From contig NC_086097.1 of NCBI RefSeq assembly GCF_963921235.1, positions 123,444,001 to 123,508,000 on the forward strand: DNA of 64,000 bases, written 5' to 3'. Shown one piece after another: positions 50,481 to 63,815 of this stretch; the first letter of the stretch is position 1, and the number at the start of each line of letters is the position of its first letter. Below the pieces are notes generated by a model. That model searched no databases and was not told where the DNA came from. It saw only the letters and a program-made list of their open reading frames with translations. The position numbers were made by a program, and so were the translations under genes. The stretch comes from Mobula hypostoma (lineage: Eukaryota).

Positions 50481-50720
50481 GACCATAAGACATAAGAGTA
50501 GAATTGGGCCATTTGTCCCAACGAGTCTGGTCCAACATTCCATCATGTCTGATTTATTATCTCGTTCAGCCCTATTCACCTGCCCTCTCCCTGTATTCTT
50601 TGATGTCCTTAAAACTCAAGAACCTGTGAACATCTGCTCTAAACATACCCAGTGACTTGACCTCCACTGCCATCTGCGACAAGGAATTCACAGATTCACC
50701 ACCCTCTGGCTAAAGAAATT
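50481..50720 (-). mobile_element. CR1 3' tail fragment
   Basis: (cataaga)n; cagattcaccaccctctggctaaagaaatt. Confidence 0.8.
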
Positions 50721-50917
50721 TTAAGTAACTGAACAAACAATTGAGAATGAATTGTTCATGCAATATTGTACCCCAGTCAGTTTTTGTTTTTTACGTATTT
50801 CAACAATTTTTAAAAATGTTGCTTCATATTGTCCATCACGAATAAAACACTCAACGTTATGATCCCTGATGAAAAATATAAATCGGTTCATTCAGTAAAA
50901 GTCACTGTGATAATCAT

Positions 50918-51052
50918 AAACACAAGAGATTCTGCAGATGCTGGAAATCCAGAGTGACACACGCAAAGTGCTGGAGTTTAGCAGGTCAGGCAGCATCCAT
51001 GGAAAGGAATAAAATGTCAACGTTTTGGGCTGAGATCCTTCATCAGGACTCA
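50918..51052 (-). mobile_element. Penelope-like pseudo-LTR with decayed hammerhead
   Basis: Reverse strand agtcCTGATGAaggatctcagcccAAAAcgttgac. Confidence 0.8.
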
Positions 51053-51578
51053 GTGATAATCAACTGACGATGGATGTACCGGCAATATTGTAATGTTATT
51101 TAAACCAGCACAGACATTCATGGGAAATAGATCTGCACTGGATAGAATTCATGCCTGAAATGTCTCATCTTTTGTTTTAATTTGATTAATTTTGCTGAGA
51201 AAAAAACCTTACTTGTGGAATCTTTGACTTTGGGAGGCATTCATATGAATGACTAGCATAAATGTGCAGAAAACAGTATTCAAAGGAGGTGCAAACTTGT
51301 GAGATTTGAGCATAATTCTTTGAAAAAGAGCCCAATCTAAAATAGAGATCGATCAGAAATTGAAACAATTGCATTAGCATTTATCCCCATCAGAAATTCC
51401 CCATTATATTCCACGATAAAACTGTGCAGTTTAAAAATTTAATCCAGTTGTTCACTAGAATAAGTAAGTTTTATGCCGCCTTTTGCCTTCAGAGTATTTG
51501 CCGTCATTAACAGATGCCCGAAAAAGATAGGCCTTCCAGTGCAAAATTCTTTACCAAAAAGTTTTTAAAGGATCTGGG

Positions 51579-52112
51579 CACAAGAGATTTTGCAGATGCT
51601 GGAAATCCTGAGCAACACACACAAAATGCTGAAAAATCTCAACAGGTCACTCAGCATCTACGGAGGGAATAAACAGTCTATGTTTCAGACCAAGACCCTT
51701 CATCAAAACTAGAAGGAGAGGTAAAAAGCCTGAGTTAGCAAGTGGTAGGTGAGACCAGGTGAGGGGGAAAGATGGGTGTGTGGGGGAGGAGGGATGACAT
51801 GAGAAACTAGGAGGTGATAAGTGGAAGGAGTAAAGGGACGAAGAAAATGGAATCTGATAGGGGAGGAGAGTGGACCATGGAAGAAAGGAATGAAGGAAGG
51901 TCATCAGAAGGAGGTGATGGGCAGGTGAAGAGAATAGAAGGGGTAAGGGGGAGCCAGAATAGGGAAGGAAAAAGATAAAAGGGGAAGGGGGAGAAATTAT
52001 CGGAAGTTAGAGAAATCGACTTCTCCAACCTGCGAATGCTTTCATCATGGCAAAGAAGAGGCCATGGACCAACATGTTGGAATGGGATGGGAAGTAGAAT
52101 TAAAATGGGCAA
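51579..52112 (-). mobile_element. Penelope-like 3' fragment
   Basis: Pseudo-LTR, purine-rich UTR and gaagttagagaaatcga ORF end. Confidence 0.75.
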
Positions 52113-52579
52113 CCCAGATCATGGCCTAATAACCCAATTGGAGTAGAAGTTCTCTTTGTACCTGGAAAGCCATCATTGTTAGTGGATGGGGTTAAAATGA
52201 AGACTGTCTAAGTCATGAGTTCTTCTTCTTGGATTCTTATTGAAAACAGGGTGATGTGCACCAATTCACCAAATTTATCTATAATACTGGCCAATGGCAA
52301 TAGTGAGATTTGCCTATCAGCCAATAAAGATAATGAGTTTCCAACAGTAAAGGGCCTGAAGAACGGCTTGAAAGTTTAAATCTTTGCAAGAGGCCATATG
52401 AAGTCATCAAATTATTCTTTTGGATAGACCAATTTTGACTGGCACCTCTGCAGAGTGCGACACAGTGAAATGTAGCAGTGTGGTGAAAGGGTTTTTCTCC
52501 ACACTCTAGGACTCTGTGAGTCAGCTCCAGCTGTGTCTTTCACCCACAGAATTCCTTCTCTGACCTTACATAACATGGT

Positions 52580-52882
52580 TTATACACCATCAGGCTCCTG
52601 AACCATCGTGATAACCTCTCACCTCAACACTCAACTCATTCCACAACCTACAGGCTCACTTCCAAGGACTCTACAATTCATGTTCTCAGTGTTATTTATT
52701 TATTGTTTGTATTTTTACAGTTTGTCTTCTTTAGCACACTAGTTGTTTGTCAGTCATAGAGTGTAGTTGTTCATTGATTCCATTTTTTTCTTTGTTCTAC
52801 CATGAATGCCTGCAAGAAAATGAATCCTAGGGTAGTATCTGATGAAATCTACGTATCTTGCCAATAAATTTACTTTGAACGT
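52580..52882 (+). mobile_element. Rex1/Babar 3' tail
   Basis: gaatgcctgcaagaaaatgaat...aataaatttactttgaac. Confidence 0.75.
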
Positions 52883-53883
52883 TGAGATCAATGGAATTGG
52901 GCTACCTGGTCAATTTCTGGCAGTGAACAAACCCTGGATTTACTAGGCCTTTCACTTTTGCAAGTGGACTACCATCTGTGAATAAAGAAATCTGTGGTTG
53001 CAATGTGGATTTATTGGTAATATCAGTACCATGAAATCAGAGTTCCACAAATGATTCAAAGCCAAGGGCAGGTTGATGCACTGCTGTCCAAATTACATTA
53101 TATGCAGTGCGTACTTCCAAAGTCCAGCACTATTTTGTGAGTCATAGTTGGAATCTTCATTCAAAAATTCCAAAGGCATTATCCACACAATGTATGAAAT
53201 AAGCTTGCAAAAATATTTTCTACAAATGAATGATCTCGGTTATTTTATAAACATGGTGAATGTATTTTGGTGAACCAATGTATATTCTGACAACAATATC
53301 TTGGGCTTTGCCTTACTGAAATTAATCAGAAAAACATTCACATACTTGTTGTAACTGTGGTGCATGGCTTTAAATTAGAGACCAACAGGTAGATGCAACA
53401 ACATCAAAAGGTATAAATTAAACAAAGTTAAAACAGGAATTAACTGAAAGCTTGAGGTATGCTTCAGCGTGACTTAAATGGAGCCTGACTTTATATCCAG
53501 TTCTGTTGGGAAGTTCAAAGTTATCTATTGCTCTCCATGTATGTAGGTCGTTTGTTTCATGGTTCCACACAATCTAAACACTCTCGTAGGTCCCAGATAT
53601 CTCTTCCTCCTACACAAACCCCAGTCTCAGTTCCACCCAGTCCCCATGAACGGCTTTACCCAAGCCACACTTCTATCTATTTTGTCAACCAACTCCACTA
53701 CTGACCTGAATACCTCCTACTGACCTCTAACCATCACCCAATATTCTCTTCAGCCGACCCTCACCCCAATCTAGCCCAGATCTTTTTATACACTCCCCAA
53801 AATGTCTCCAACCTCCTGTCCTCTCTCTATTCCATTATTTTACTCTCCTAATCTTTATCTCCTCCTATCTGTAATGTCTAGCT

Positions 53884-54144
53884 CAGCGGTTCCCAACCTT
53901 TTTTGCACTGCAGACCAGTTTAATATTGACAATATTCTTGCAGACCGGCCGATTGGTCCCATATGGGGGGACAAACCAATTTAGCCCAATATACGTGATG
54001 TCCCGGCAAATACGAGGCATTTGGCAACCCTATGTTCAAGTTCAACAGTGTGTGACAGGGAATGAGGAAAGGTGCAGCTGACTCATATCATTTCCTCGCT
54101 GCCCGGTAGCACATGCCTTGCGGCCCAGTGGTTGGGTACCACTG
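53884..54144. mobile_element. 261-bp Buster-derived MITE with 8-bp TSD
   Basis: TSD GTCTAGCT (53876-53883) / GTCTGGCT (54145-54152); TIRs cagcggttcccaacc ... ggttgggtaccactg; both ends match 26854-29812. Confidence 0.9.
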
Positions 54145-54486
54145 GTCTGGCTCTCTTCCTCTGAAAGAATAGTCTAGTTGATTCAGTACAACGTCTCTTG
54201 GGCCTCATGAGCAACACAATATTGTTGGTCTTCTCCAGAACTGGAGCTGGAAGCCATTTACAGCTCCTTTATGGACAGTGTAAAATTCCTAGAAACCAAT
54301 TCATAATTCAATACATACTTATATTTTTTTCAAACCACTCACATGAGTCACCTTTACCTATTTTTATTCAGTTCTCCTACTACTTATGGGTGAAATAAGA
54401 CATCTATTAGGATGACTGCTAAAAAGAACAATTAGAACTAAACCAGAGCCTTTACTCATGCAAAGAACAAGATCAAGTTATGTGGA

Positions 54487-54760
54487 TTCTGTGGCTACTT
54501 TATTAGGTACAGGAGGAGTACATGTTTGTAATCTTCTGCTGTTGTAGCCCATCCACTCTGAAGTTCGGGGTGTTATGCATCCAGAGATTCTCTTCTGCAC
54601 ATCACTGTTGTAACATGTGGTTACTTGAGTTACTGTCACCGTCCTGTCAGTTTGAACCAGTCTGGTCATTCTCCTCTGACTTCTCTCTTTAACAAGGCAT
54701 TCTTACCCACAGAACTGCTGCTCACTGGATGTTTCTTTTTTGTTTTTCACACCATTCCCT
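54487..54760 (-). mobile_element. Tc1-like element fragment
   Basis: MTRLVQTDRTVTVTQVTTCYNSDVQKRIS...WMGYNSRR. Confidence 0.8.
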
Positions 54761-55089
54761 ATGTTAAATAAAGTATAAACTATCCAAGGTGTTCCAAAGG
54801 AACATTATCAAGCTACTCTTCATAAAGGTAAAAGACATCACTGGAAATATCACATACAGCAGTGCTACATTAAGGTGTCATCTGTCTCACTTTGGTGATC
54901 ATTAGAACATAAGACCATAAGATATAGACCATGTCTTTTAAGACCACGATTGTAATGTTAAAATTGACAAAAGCTCAGTCAAAGAGCTACGTTTGAAGAA
55001 GTGTCTTGAAGATTTAAAGAAAGGTACAAAGGAGATTAAGTTTAGGGAGGAAAGTTCATAGACCGTAAGACCATAAGACATAAGAGGCT

Positions 55090-55995
55090 CAATGTCTATA
55101 AGCACAGGTTCTCCCCAGGGTTGTGTTCTTTCACCCCTCCTGTTCTCACTTTATACAGTACAAATGACTGTACCTTCACAGATGAATCCATTAAAATGCT
55201 AAAGTTCATGGATGACACAACTGTAATTGGTCTCATCTCTAATAATGATGTTACCAAATAGAGGTGGACCATCTTGCAACACAATGTACTTGTAAAAACT
55301 TAAAGCTTAATGCTAACAGGACAGTGGAAATGATAATGGTGTTTATTAATGCCAGCTTAAGAATATCTCAGTGTGTACCCTGAGGAATTTTTACTCAGCC
55401 AGCATTGTGACTTCTGTGACCACCTCTATCACTGCTTGATTTCCCACTGTCTCCTCCCTCTACCAGTCCAGGTTTCAGCAAGTGGTCCACTCTGCAAAGA
55501 TCATTGGCCGTCAGTTACCAACATTAGAAGACCTGTTCATTGCCAGAGTGAAGAAAAGAGATGAAAAATTACTGCTGACTTCACCCAGCCGAGCAGTCTC
55601 ACTTATTCTCCAAATTGCCATCAAGGAGACACCATAAGCCCATTGCCAAAAGGACTACACATCATCTCCGAAGCTTCTTCCCTGCAGCTATCCAGCTTCG
55701 CAACAAAATTCACTCAGGGGTCATACCCTAAATATCACTGCACAACATCTGTTAAGTGGTCTTTTCTGTTCTCATTATTCTTTTGATATTATTCATATGC
55801 TGACATCTGTACATGTGAGCGTTCTGCCATTTGCTGATTATTCATGCTGTTTGCACTATTGTTTTGTAAACTGTTGGTTTGTTATTGTGTTGTCTGTTGT
55901 GGTATTGTCCTCTGTTTTATGCTTGGCTCTGAACCACAACCAATTCTGGTATGTTTTGCATACTGGCAATAAAGTGATTCTAGTTCTCATTCAGA
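55090..55995 (+). mobile_element. Degenerate Rex1/Babar RT and 3' end
   Basis: STGSPQGCVLSPLLFSLYT; IKMLKFMDDTTVIGLI; ggcaataaagtgattc tail. Confidence 0.8.
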
Positions 55996-56282
55996 TTCAA
56001 TGAGATCTCCCCTCATTCTTCTAAACTCCAGCGGGTACAGAACCAGAGGTATCAAATGCTTCTCAGATGTTTGACCATAAGACCACGAGACATAGGAACA
56101 GAATTAGGCCATTCAGCCTATTGAGTCTGCTCTGCCATTCTGTCATGGCTGATCCCGGATCCCACTCAACCCAATACTCTGTCCTTCACCACGTTAACCC
56201 TTTCGTTCCTGGGATCATTCGCATGAGCCTCTCCTATGCCAGGGCATTCTTTCTTAGATAAGGAGCTCCAAACTGCTCACAA
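55996..56282 (-). mobile_element. CR1 3' fragments
   Basis: tcaatgagatctcccctcattcttctaaactcca; (cataaga)n tail. Confidence 0.7.
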
Positions 56283-57629
56283 GTGGGAAGTCCAGAGGTT
56301 TGGCAGTTAAATAATTATGTAGTAATAACGGTGAAATAATCAAATTTCACGATGCTCACAAAGCCAGAATGAGACTGGCACAGATACTACAGAAGAATTA
56401 GAAATTATAAAGATGAAGAGAGGCAAGACCAGCTGGGGATCTGAAAACAAGAATACACTTCAAATGTGGATAACGTCTAACTGAGAACAAGAGTAGGTAT
56501 TTAAACACAGGGGTGACATTGGTTTCTTTTGGCAATATGATTCTGAAGTAACCTGATGCAAGTCCGACCATTTTTTGATGATCTAGATAGAGAGAAGAAC
56601 TATGGAGACACACTGGGGAGGATTGGAGTAGACAAATCTAGAGGTTACAAAGGCACCAGTGATCTAAAATCTGAAAGAGATAGAAATTTTGAATTTCTAT
56701 TTTGGTCTTCTTTCTTTATCATGATAATCTTTTGCTTGAATAGAGAAATAGTTAATTCCATCTACTCATTGGTTGTGTCTGAACTGCAAATGCAATATAC
56801 ACCACTGCAAGACATAGCACAATGTTCAGCTGATCTGCCACTTTTGCTTATTTGTTCTCATCTCTTTTGTATTTTGATGTCAACTTCTATCTCATGTGAA
56901 ACACTTTGAACTATTTTGTGATGATAAAGGTGATGTATGATGGATATTGATCAGTGTTAATATTGAGATATGTTGTTATTGACTGTTAACAGGAGGTGAT
57001 AAGCTGGAACATGGGTGTTTCGTTCAGTCACTGTTGGACTTGGACTGAGGCAGAAAGACTTTGACAGCAGCTCTACTGAGGATTTATTCTGCTTACACCA
57101 CTTGGGAAAGGGACCGGAAAAAGTGCCCTAAAAATAGCCTACCTCAAAACCTCCTGACTGAATCCCATGTCCTGAGGGATCACCATATGCGGTCAGAAAC
57201 AAAAAAAAAACATGACTTTTGGTGCTTGGAATATGCACATTCTGATAAATCGGGCAACTCGTGATCGGCCAGAGAGGAAGAATGCAATCATCATCAGGGA
57301 ACTGAGGAGATGCTATATTGACCTAGCTGCTATTTCTGAAACCTGTCTGGCAGACAAAGGGCAACTGATGGAGAAGGGTGGTTACTCCTTCTTTGGGAAA
57401 GGGAAGCAGCTGCGAGACCAGGATCCATGGTGTTGGGTTTGCAATGAAGAACCAACTTGGAGATCAGTGAATTTCTCATGATAATCTATTAGATGCTTAC
57501 CAAGAATTAGGTGGAGACCATCATGAGTGCTCATACACCAACTATGGATTCATGTGACTGTTGAGCATCTCCAAGGAGGATAAGATAATTCTCTTAGGGG
57601 ACTTCAATGCCAGGGATAATTAGGACTTC

Positions 57630-58000
57630 AATTTCTTGAACCAGAGGAGATAACTTTGCTCAACTTCATTTACCCAATCACTGAACTGTTTTCACAATCT
57701 ATGTACTTTCAAGGGCTCTTCATCTCATGTTCTTGATATTTATGTATGTATGTATGTATGTATGTATTTATTTATTAATTATTATTATTTTTATTATTTA
57801 TTTTCTTTTTCTTTTTGTATTTGCACAGTTTGTTGTTTTTTACCTTTTGGTTGTTTTTCCATCCTGTTGGGGATTGATTCTATTGTGTTCTTTGCATTTA
57901 CTGTAAATGCCTGCAAGAAAATGAATCTCAGGGTTGTATATGCTGGCATATATGTACTTTGATAATAAAATTTACTTTGAACTTTGGACTTTGACTTCAA
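57630..58000 (+). mobile_element. Rex1/Babar 3' tail inserted in the RTE
   Basis: Shared tail with (tttgaac)n end; (tatg)n. Confidence 0.75.
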
Positions 58001-58980
58001 CTTTTGAAAGGGCGCCATAGGAGAGGAAGACATTGGCAACATCAGCTCAAATGGAGTACTACTTCTCACTATATGGGGTGAGCACAATCTTATCATTGCG
58101 AGCCCTCTCTTTCACCAGAAAAACAAATTCAAGATGTTTTGGCAGCACTTCCAATCAAAACACTGGTATCTCATTGACTTTGTCATTGTCCAAGCTAGGG
58201 ACTCCCATGATGTCAATATTATAAGGGCTATGATTGGCATGGATGACTGCATGGATGATCTGCAGCACCACATCCATTAGACTCTTGAAAAAGAGAAGTG
58301 TTCATAAGAAACAGACCAGGCCAAGACTAAAATCAAGAGCCTGCTTGACACTGCCACCCAACAGCCCCTTAGTGCCTTTGTTTGGGGAAAATTCCAACAA
58401 GAATATCCAGCGGATATTGAAGAACACTGGGTCTGCTTAAATCCACCATCCTCGATACCTGCAAGAACATCCTTGGGTACAAGTCCAGAAAACATCGGAA
58501 TGGGCCCGATGATAATGATATGGATCCAGAGCAACTTATCTCCAGGAAAAGGAAAGCCTTTTGTGCCTGGCAAAATGACATTGGCAGTGAGGCCAAAAGA
58601 GAGGCTTACTCGAGGGCCAAGGAAAATGCCCAGCACAGGGTGAGGAAGCTAAAGAATTTACGGTAGACCTCAAAAGCCCTGAAATCCAGAGTCTGGCAGA
58701 CTCTGATGAGACTAGAGCATTTTTCAGTGCCACAAAGGCAATTATATGGTCCAGGTTACTGTGATTAAACCCCCCACACTCAAAGAATGGGAAGAACTTG
58801 CTAAAGGATTGGAAGGGTATCAAAGATTAATGAAGCACTTTCAAGAACTTCTTAGCCATGACAGCATTGCTGGACCAGAGGTTACTAACCAAATCCTCTA
58901 GAGACCTGCGAGAGAAGACATGGGGGAAATTTCCAGTATAAAAGAGGTCCACGGTGCCATCAGAAACCTGAAGAGATCAG

Positions 58981-59447
58981 TACAGTACTTGTCAACCTGG
59001 AGCAGAGAGTAAGTTTGTAAATCTGGCGGGAGCAAAAGATGTTGGGAATGGCAAGGGTGGTGCACCACAGGTGGGGTTTGGGACGGGTGGTAGAGAAGCA
59101 GTGCCAGGATCGGGGGTGGCATGGGTGCAGACACATCCAGCCCTGGGACACCAGGCAAGGTCATTTATTTTCAAACAATTGGTTTATTGACATTACAAAA
59201 TGTCATTACAGCTTCCCACTCCCTCCTCTCCCTTCCCCTTTTCCTAACCAAGATTCCCCTCAACCTGCCCCCTTCCCGCTCTCAGTCCTCAACAGAGACC
59301 CATATCAGAATCACTCACATACGTCATGAAATTTGTTCTGGTTTTGAAGTAGCAGTACAGTGCAATACATAAAATTATTACAGTACTCTACGCAAGTCTT
59401 AGGCTCTGTAGCTATGTATATGTACCTACGACTTTTGCACAATACTA
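58981..59447. mobile_element. Second copy of the composite MITE (inverted relative to 16951-17485), one terminal palindrome missing
   Basis: Internal sequence is the reverse complement of ~17020-17420; palindrome at ~59381-59447. Confidence 0.8.
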
Positions 59448-59449
59448 TA

Positions 59450-60800
59450 TAGAAGCATAGAAAACCTACAGCACAATACAGGCCCTTCGGCCCACAAAGC
59501 TGTGCCGAACATGTCCTTACCTTAGAAATTACCTAGGGTTACCCATAACTCTCTATTTTTCTGAGCTCTATGTACCTATCCAGGCGTCTCTTAAAAGACC
59601 CTATCATATCCACCTCCACCACCGCCACTGGCAGCCCATTCCACGCACTCACCACTCTCTGCGTAAAAACTTACCCCTGACATCTCCTCTATACATACTT
59701 CCAAGCACCTTAAAACCGTACCCTCTCATGCTAGCCATTTCAGCCCCGGGAAAAAACCTCTCACTATCCACACAATCAATGCCTCTCCATCTTATACACC
59801 TCTATCAGGTCACCTCTCATCCTCCATTGCTCCAAGGATAAAAGGCCGAGTTCACTCAACCTATTCTCATAAGGCAGGCTCCCCAATCCAGGCAACATCC
59901 TTGTAAATCTCCTCTGCACCCATTCTATGGTTTCCACATCCTTCCTGTAGTGAGGTGACCAGAACTGAGCACAGTACTCCAAGTGCGGTCTGACCATGGT
60001 CCTATACAGCTGCAACATTACCTCTCAGCTCCTAAACTCAATCCCACGATTGATGAAGGCCAATGGACCGTATGCTTTCTTAACCACAGAGTCAACCTGC
60101 ATAGCAGCTTTGCGTGTCCTATGGACTCGGACTCCAAGATCCCTCTGATCCTCCTCACTGCCAAGAGTCTTACAATACTATATTCTGCCATCATACTTGA
60201 CCTACCAAAATGAACCACCTCACACTTATCTGGGTTGAACTCCATCTGCCACTTCTCAGCCCAGTTTTGCAACCCATCAATGTCCCGTTGTAACCTTTGA
60301 CAGCCTCCACACTATCCACAACACCCCCAACCTTTGTGTCATCAGCAAATTTACAAACTCATCCCTCCACTTCCTCATCCAGGTCATTTATAAAAATTGC
60401 AAAGAATAGGAGTCCCAGAACAGATCCCTGAGGCACACCACTGGTCACCAACCTCCATACAGAATATGACCCATCTACAACCACTCTTTGCCTTCTGTGA
60501 GGAAGCCATTTCTGGATCCATAAAGCAATATCCCCTCGGATTTCATGCCTCCTTACTTTCTCAATAAGCCTTGCATTGGGTACCTTGTCAAATGCCTTGC
60601 TGAAATCCATATACATTACATCTACCGCTCTACCTTCATCAATGTGTTTAGTCACATCCTCAAAAAATTCAATCAGGCTCATAAGGCACGACCTGGCCTT
60701 GACAAAGCCATGCTGACTATTCCTAATCATATTATGCCTCTCCAAATGTTCATAAATCCTGCCTCTCAGGATCTGCTCCATCAACTTACCAACCCCTGAA
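59450..60800 (-). mobile_element. 5'-truncated CR1 (RT and 3' end)
   Basis: ORFs 60359-60784, 60018-60272 and 59776-60018. Confidence 0.95.
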
Positions 60801-61030
60801 GTTTATTGAGCTTTGTTATTATTACTGTATTCTTTATCTTTTGTGCTTTCTTGTGCTACATCAAATCGGGAGAAATAATTATTTTATTCTCCTCTACGCT
60901 TATGCATAGGAAATGACATTAAACAATCTTCGATCTTGAATCTCCTCCATGATAAAACACCACCAACTCCGATGGATAGGTCATGTCATCCAGATGCCTA
61001 ACTCACATCGCCCCAAACAGATCCTTTTCT

Positions 61031-61895
61031 GAAAGATTGAAAGTGCATGTACTATCAAAGTATGTATACAGTATACAATTCTAAGATTCGTCTTCCCCAC
61101 AGACTGCCACAAAACAAAGAACACCATAGAGCCCATTCAAAGAAAAACATCAAGCACATGCAAATAGAAACAAACTATGCAAACAGCAAAAAAAAAGCAA
61201 ATGAAAAACACAGAATATAAAACACAAAATCAAAAGAGTCCAGGCATACTCAGATCAGTGTTTGTTATCTGCAGGCTGCCCCGATCAAAATCGCCCAAAC
61301 TAGCAACAAAAAAGGGACGGCCAGTAACGACACATCATAACGTGAACTACAGAATCCGATCCACAAACCACGTCAATTAACCCTTGCCCAAAACCCAGGA
61401 ATCTGGTACCATCCTCCAACAGCATCAAAGAAGAGAGAGACCATTTCAACACGGGGGCCTTTCTTTGAGAACAACAATTGAGAGGGAGAGAGAGAGAGAG
61501 AGACCATCACATGCAGACAATTTCCTCTAGCAGCAGAGTGAGAGGCTGGTAGATGATGCTGAACACTCGCTTTCCTTCTGCACTCATCTCGATTTCAATC
61601 TTCCTCAGTCCTTTAATAGACGAAATTGGCGAGAAATGGAGTGGATCATGCGCTAATGCCCCATTTCCAGGCCTCTTGGCCTCAAGACCGAATGCTTCGC
61701 TTAAAGCCTCACAGAACAGCAAAGCACCAGATCACTCAATTGGCCCAAAAACACACCAGCAACATGTAGATCACAAGCTTCAACAACAGCAGAACCACAT
61801 TTGAAAGAAAAAGAAGATGTTAAAGAAATGAAAGAAGTAGTTTTGTGAACCTTCGAGAGGGTGTCACCCTTGGTTCTATTGTTTGCTGGTTCCAT
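61031..61895 (-). mobile_element. Non-autonomous Rex1-tailed element (related to 25020-25748)
   Basis: Shared internal segment and tail. Confidence 0.6.
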
Positions 61896-63034
61896 CTTCC
61901 CATTCAAGGAAGGTTAGTGAGCCACTGGTGAGTAAAGGAAACGCTGCAAAGATGACATCAAAATCAGCTCGAAGAAATTCAACATTACAAGTAAAAACTG
62001 GGAAGACATTGCACTCGATAAATACACCTGGCAGAAATCTGTTCAAAAGGGAGCGGCAGTACATGAGAGCGATCTCCGCTGTGCCGCATAGAACAAGCTA
62101 CAACTGTGAAAAGAGAGACTAAACAACCAAATGCCCCAACCACCAATCACAGCCACCACTTACTCCTGCCCACACTGCACCAGAATACATGGGTCCCAGA
62201 TCAGTCTCTACAACCTCCTGAGGACCCACCAATAGACAACCCCTTAGGGGAACATCATAATCACTCCTAATACTGTACACGGGAACATGGTTTATACAGC
62301 CCCTACTTAATTCTAATGTATTTATAGAAAAGGAAATGGATGCATGTTTTACACAGTTGGCATCCACTTATGTTTGGAGAAAACAGAAGTCATATTCAAG
62401 TTACCCTCATGGAACATTTATTATCTTTAAAATGAAAAGACCAAATAAAGAAAATCCAGGCATGGGTTTCTCGTGTTATTCAACAGCCAATTAGCCTTCC
62501 AATCATTCAGGCTGAAACATATTATTAAGTGTGAAATAAAAATGTAAAACTGAATGCAGTAGCGCATTCAGTTGCTGCAGACATTTCAAACTAAAAATAA
62601 AATGTTCTGAGATTGAAGCTTAGAAAATAGAGCAACACTGAACCTCCTGACCTCAGGAACTTGCCAAACAACTGAGGCTGCTGGTCCATGTAATATCTTC
62701 CATCTGCTGCACAATGCAGCCTAACTGAGTTCACAGATACTCTATAACTTAACTTGTCTAAACTTTGGCCTGATACATAAATAGCATTCAATACTTAATT
62801 AATTTGAAACAACTCAAACAATTTACTGTTAAAAATAGTTTAATGATTAAATGACAGATCTAGACCAGGTTTTACAAATTTGGATACTTTCCAAATTCTA
62901 GGTGTAGCAAGAAAAGTACATTTCTTTTCATATTCTATGGTACTATCAAAATATATAGCCAACTGGCTGAAACAGCAGCCAGTCAAGTGCTCAAAACACA
63001 TGATGTAGTCCAATAATAATGATCTTCAGACATA

Positions 63035-63446
63035 TGCTCAGTAGCCACTTTATGAGGTACACTAATACACATGCCCGTTAATGCAGGTATCATGTGGTAG
63101 CAACTCTTTGTATAAAGCCTGCAGACATGGTCAAGAGGTTCAGTTGATCTCTTGGGATTTTCACGCAAAACAGTCTCTAGAGGTTATAGAGAATGGCGCG
63201 AGAAACAAAAAGCTTCCAGTAAATGGCACATCTGTGGGCAAAAATACCTGCTAAGGAGAGAGGTGAGAGGAGAATGGCCAGGATAGTTTAAGCTGACAGG
63301 CAGGTGACAGTAACGCAAATAACCAGACAGTGGTGTGCAGAAGAGCATCCTTGAATGCACAACACATCAAACCTTGAAGTGGATGGGCTACAGCGGAAGA
63401 AGACCATAAGCATACAGGAAGTATCTAATAAATTGTCCACTGAGTG
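63035..63446 (+). mobile_element. Tc1-like non-autonomous element, internally deleted
   Basis: ctcagtagccactttatgaggtac ... ctaataaattgtccactgagtg. Confidence 0.8.
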
Positions 63447-63459
63447 CATGTACTGTATA

Positions 63460-63815
63460 CTTGGGTCTCACACCACCAAGTTCAGGAACAGTTATTACCC
63501 TACAAACCTCAGGCTCCTGAACCACCATGGATAACTTCCCTTCACTCTGAATTGATTCTACAACCTATGGACTTACTTTCAAGGATTCAACAACTCATGT
63601 TCTCAGTATTATTTATTTTTTGATTTATTTATTTTTATTTGTACAGTTTGTCTCTTTTGCACACTGGTTGTTTGTCAGTATCTGTGTGTAAGTTTTCATG
63701 ATTCTTTTTGCACTACCACTGTGAATGCCCACAAGAAAGTGAATCTTAAGCTCAAGGTAATATATGGTGAAACATCCGTGCTTTGAAAATAACTCTAAAT
63801 ACCTCGAACTTTGAA
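63460..63815 (+). mobile_element. Rex1/Babar 3' fragment
   Basis: SHTTKFRNSYYP C-terminus plus tail. Confidence 0.75.

Larger units (their letters stand above)
57040..62270 (+). mobile_element. Old RTE-clade LINE split by several insertions (pieces ~57040-57625, 58000-58976, 60940-61030, 61897-62270)
   Basis: FGAWNMHIL...DRPERKNAIIIRELRRCYIDLAAISETCLADKGQL (RTE APE); LLGDFNAR; HQLRWIGHVIQMP..RPKQILF; RKRCKDDIK...WEDIALDK..W; CPHC...THQ* C-terminal finger. Confidence 0.85.
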
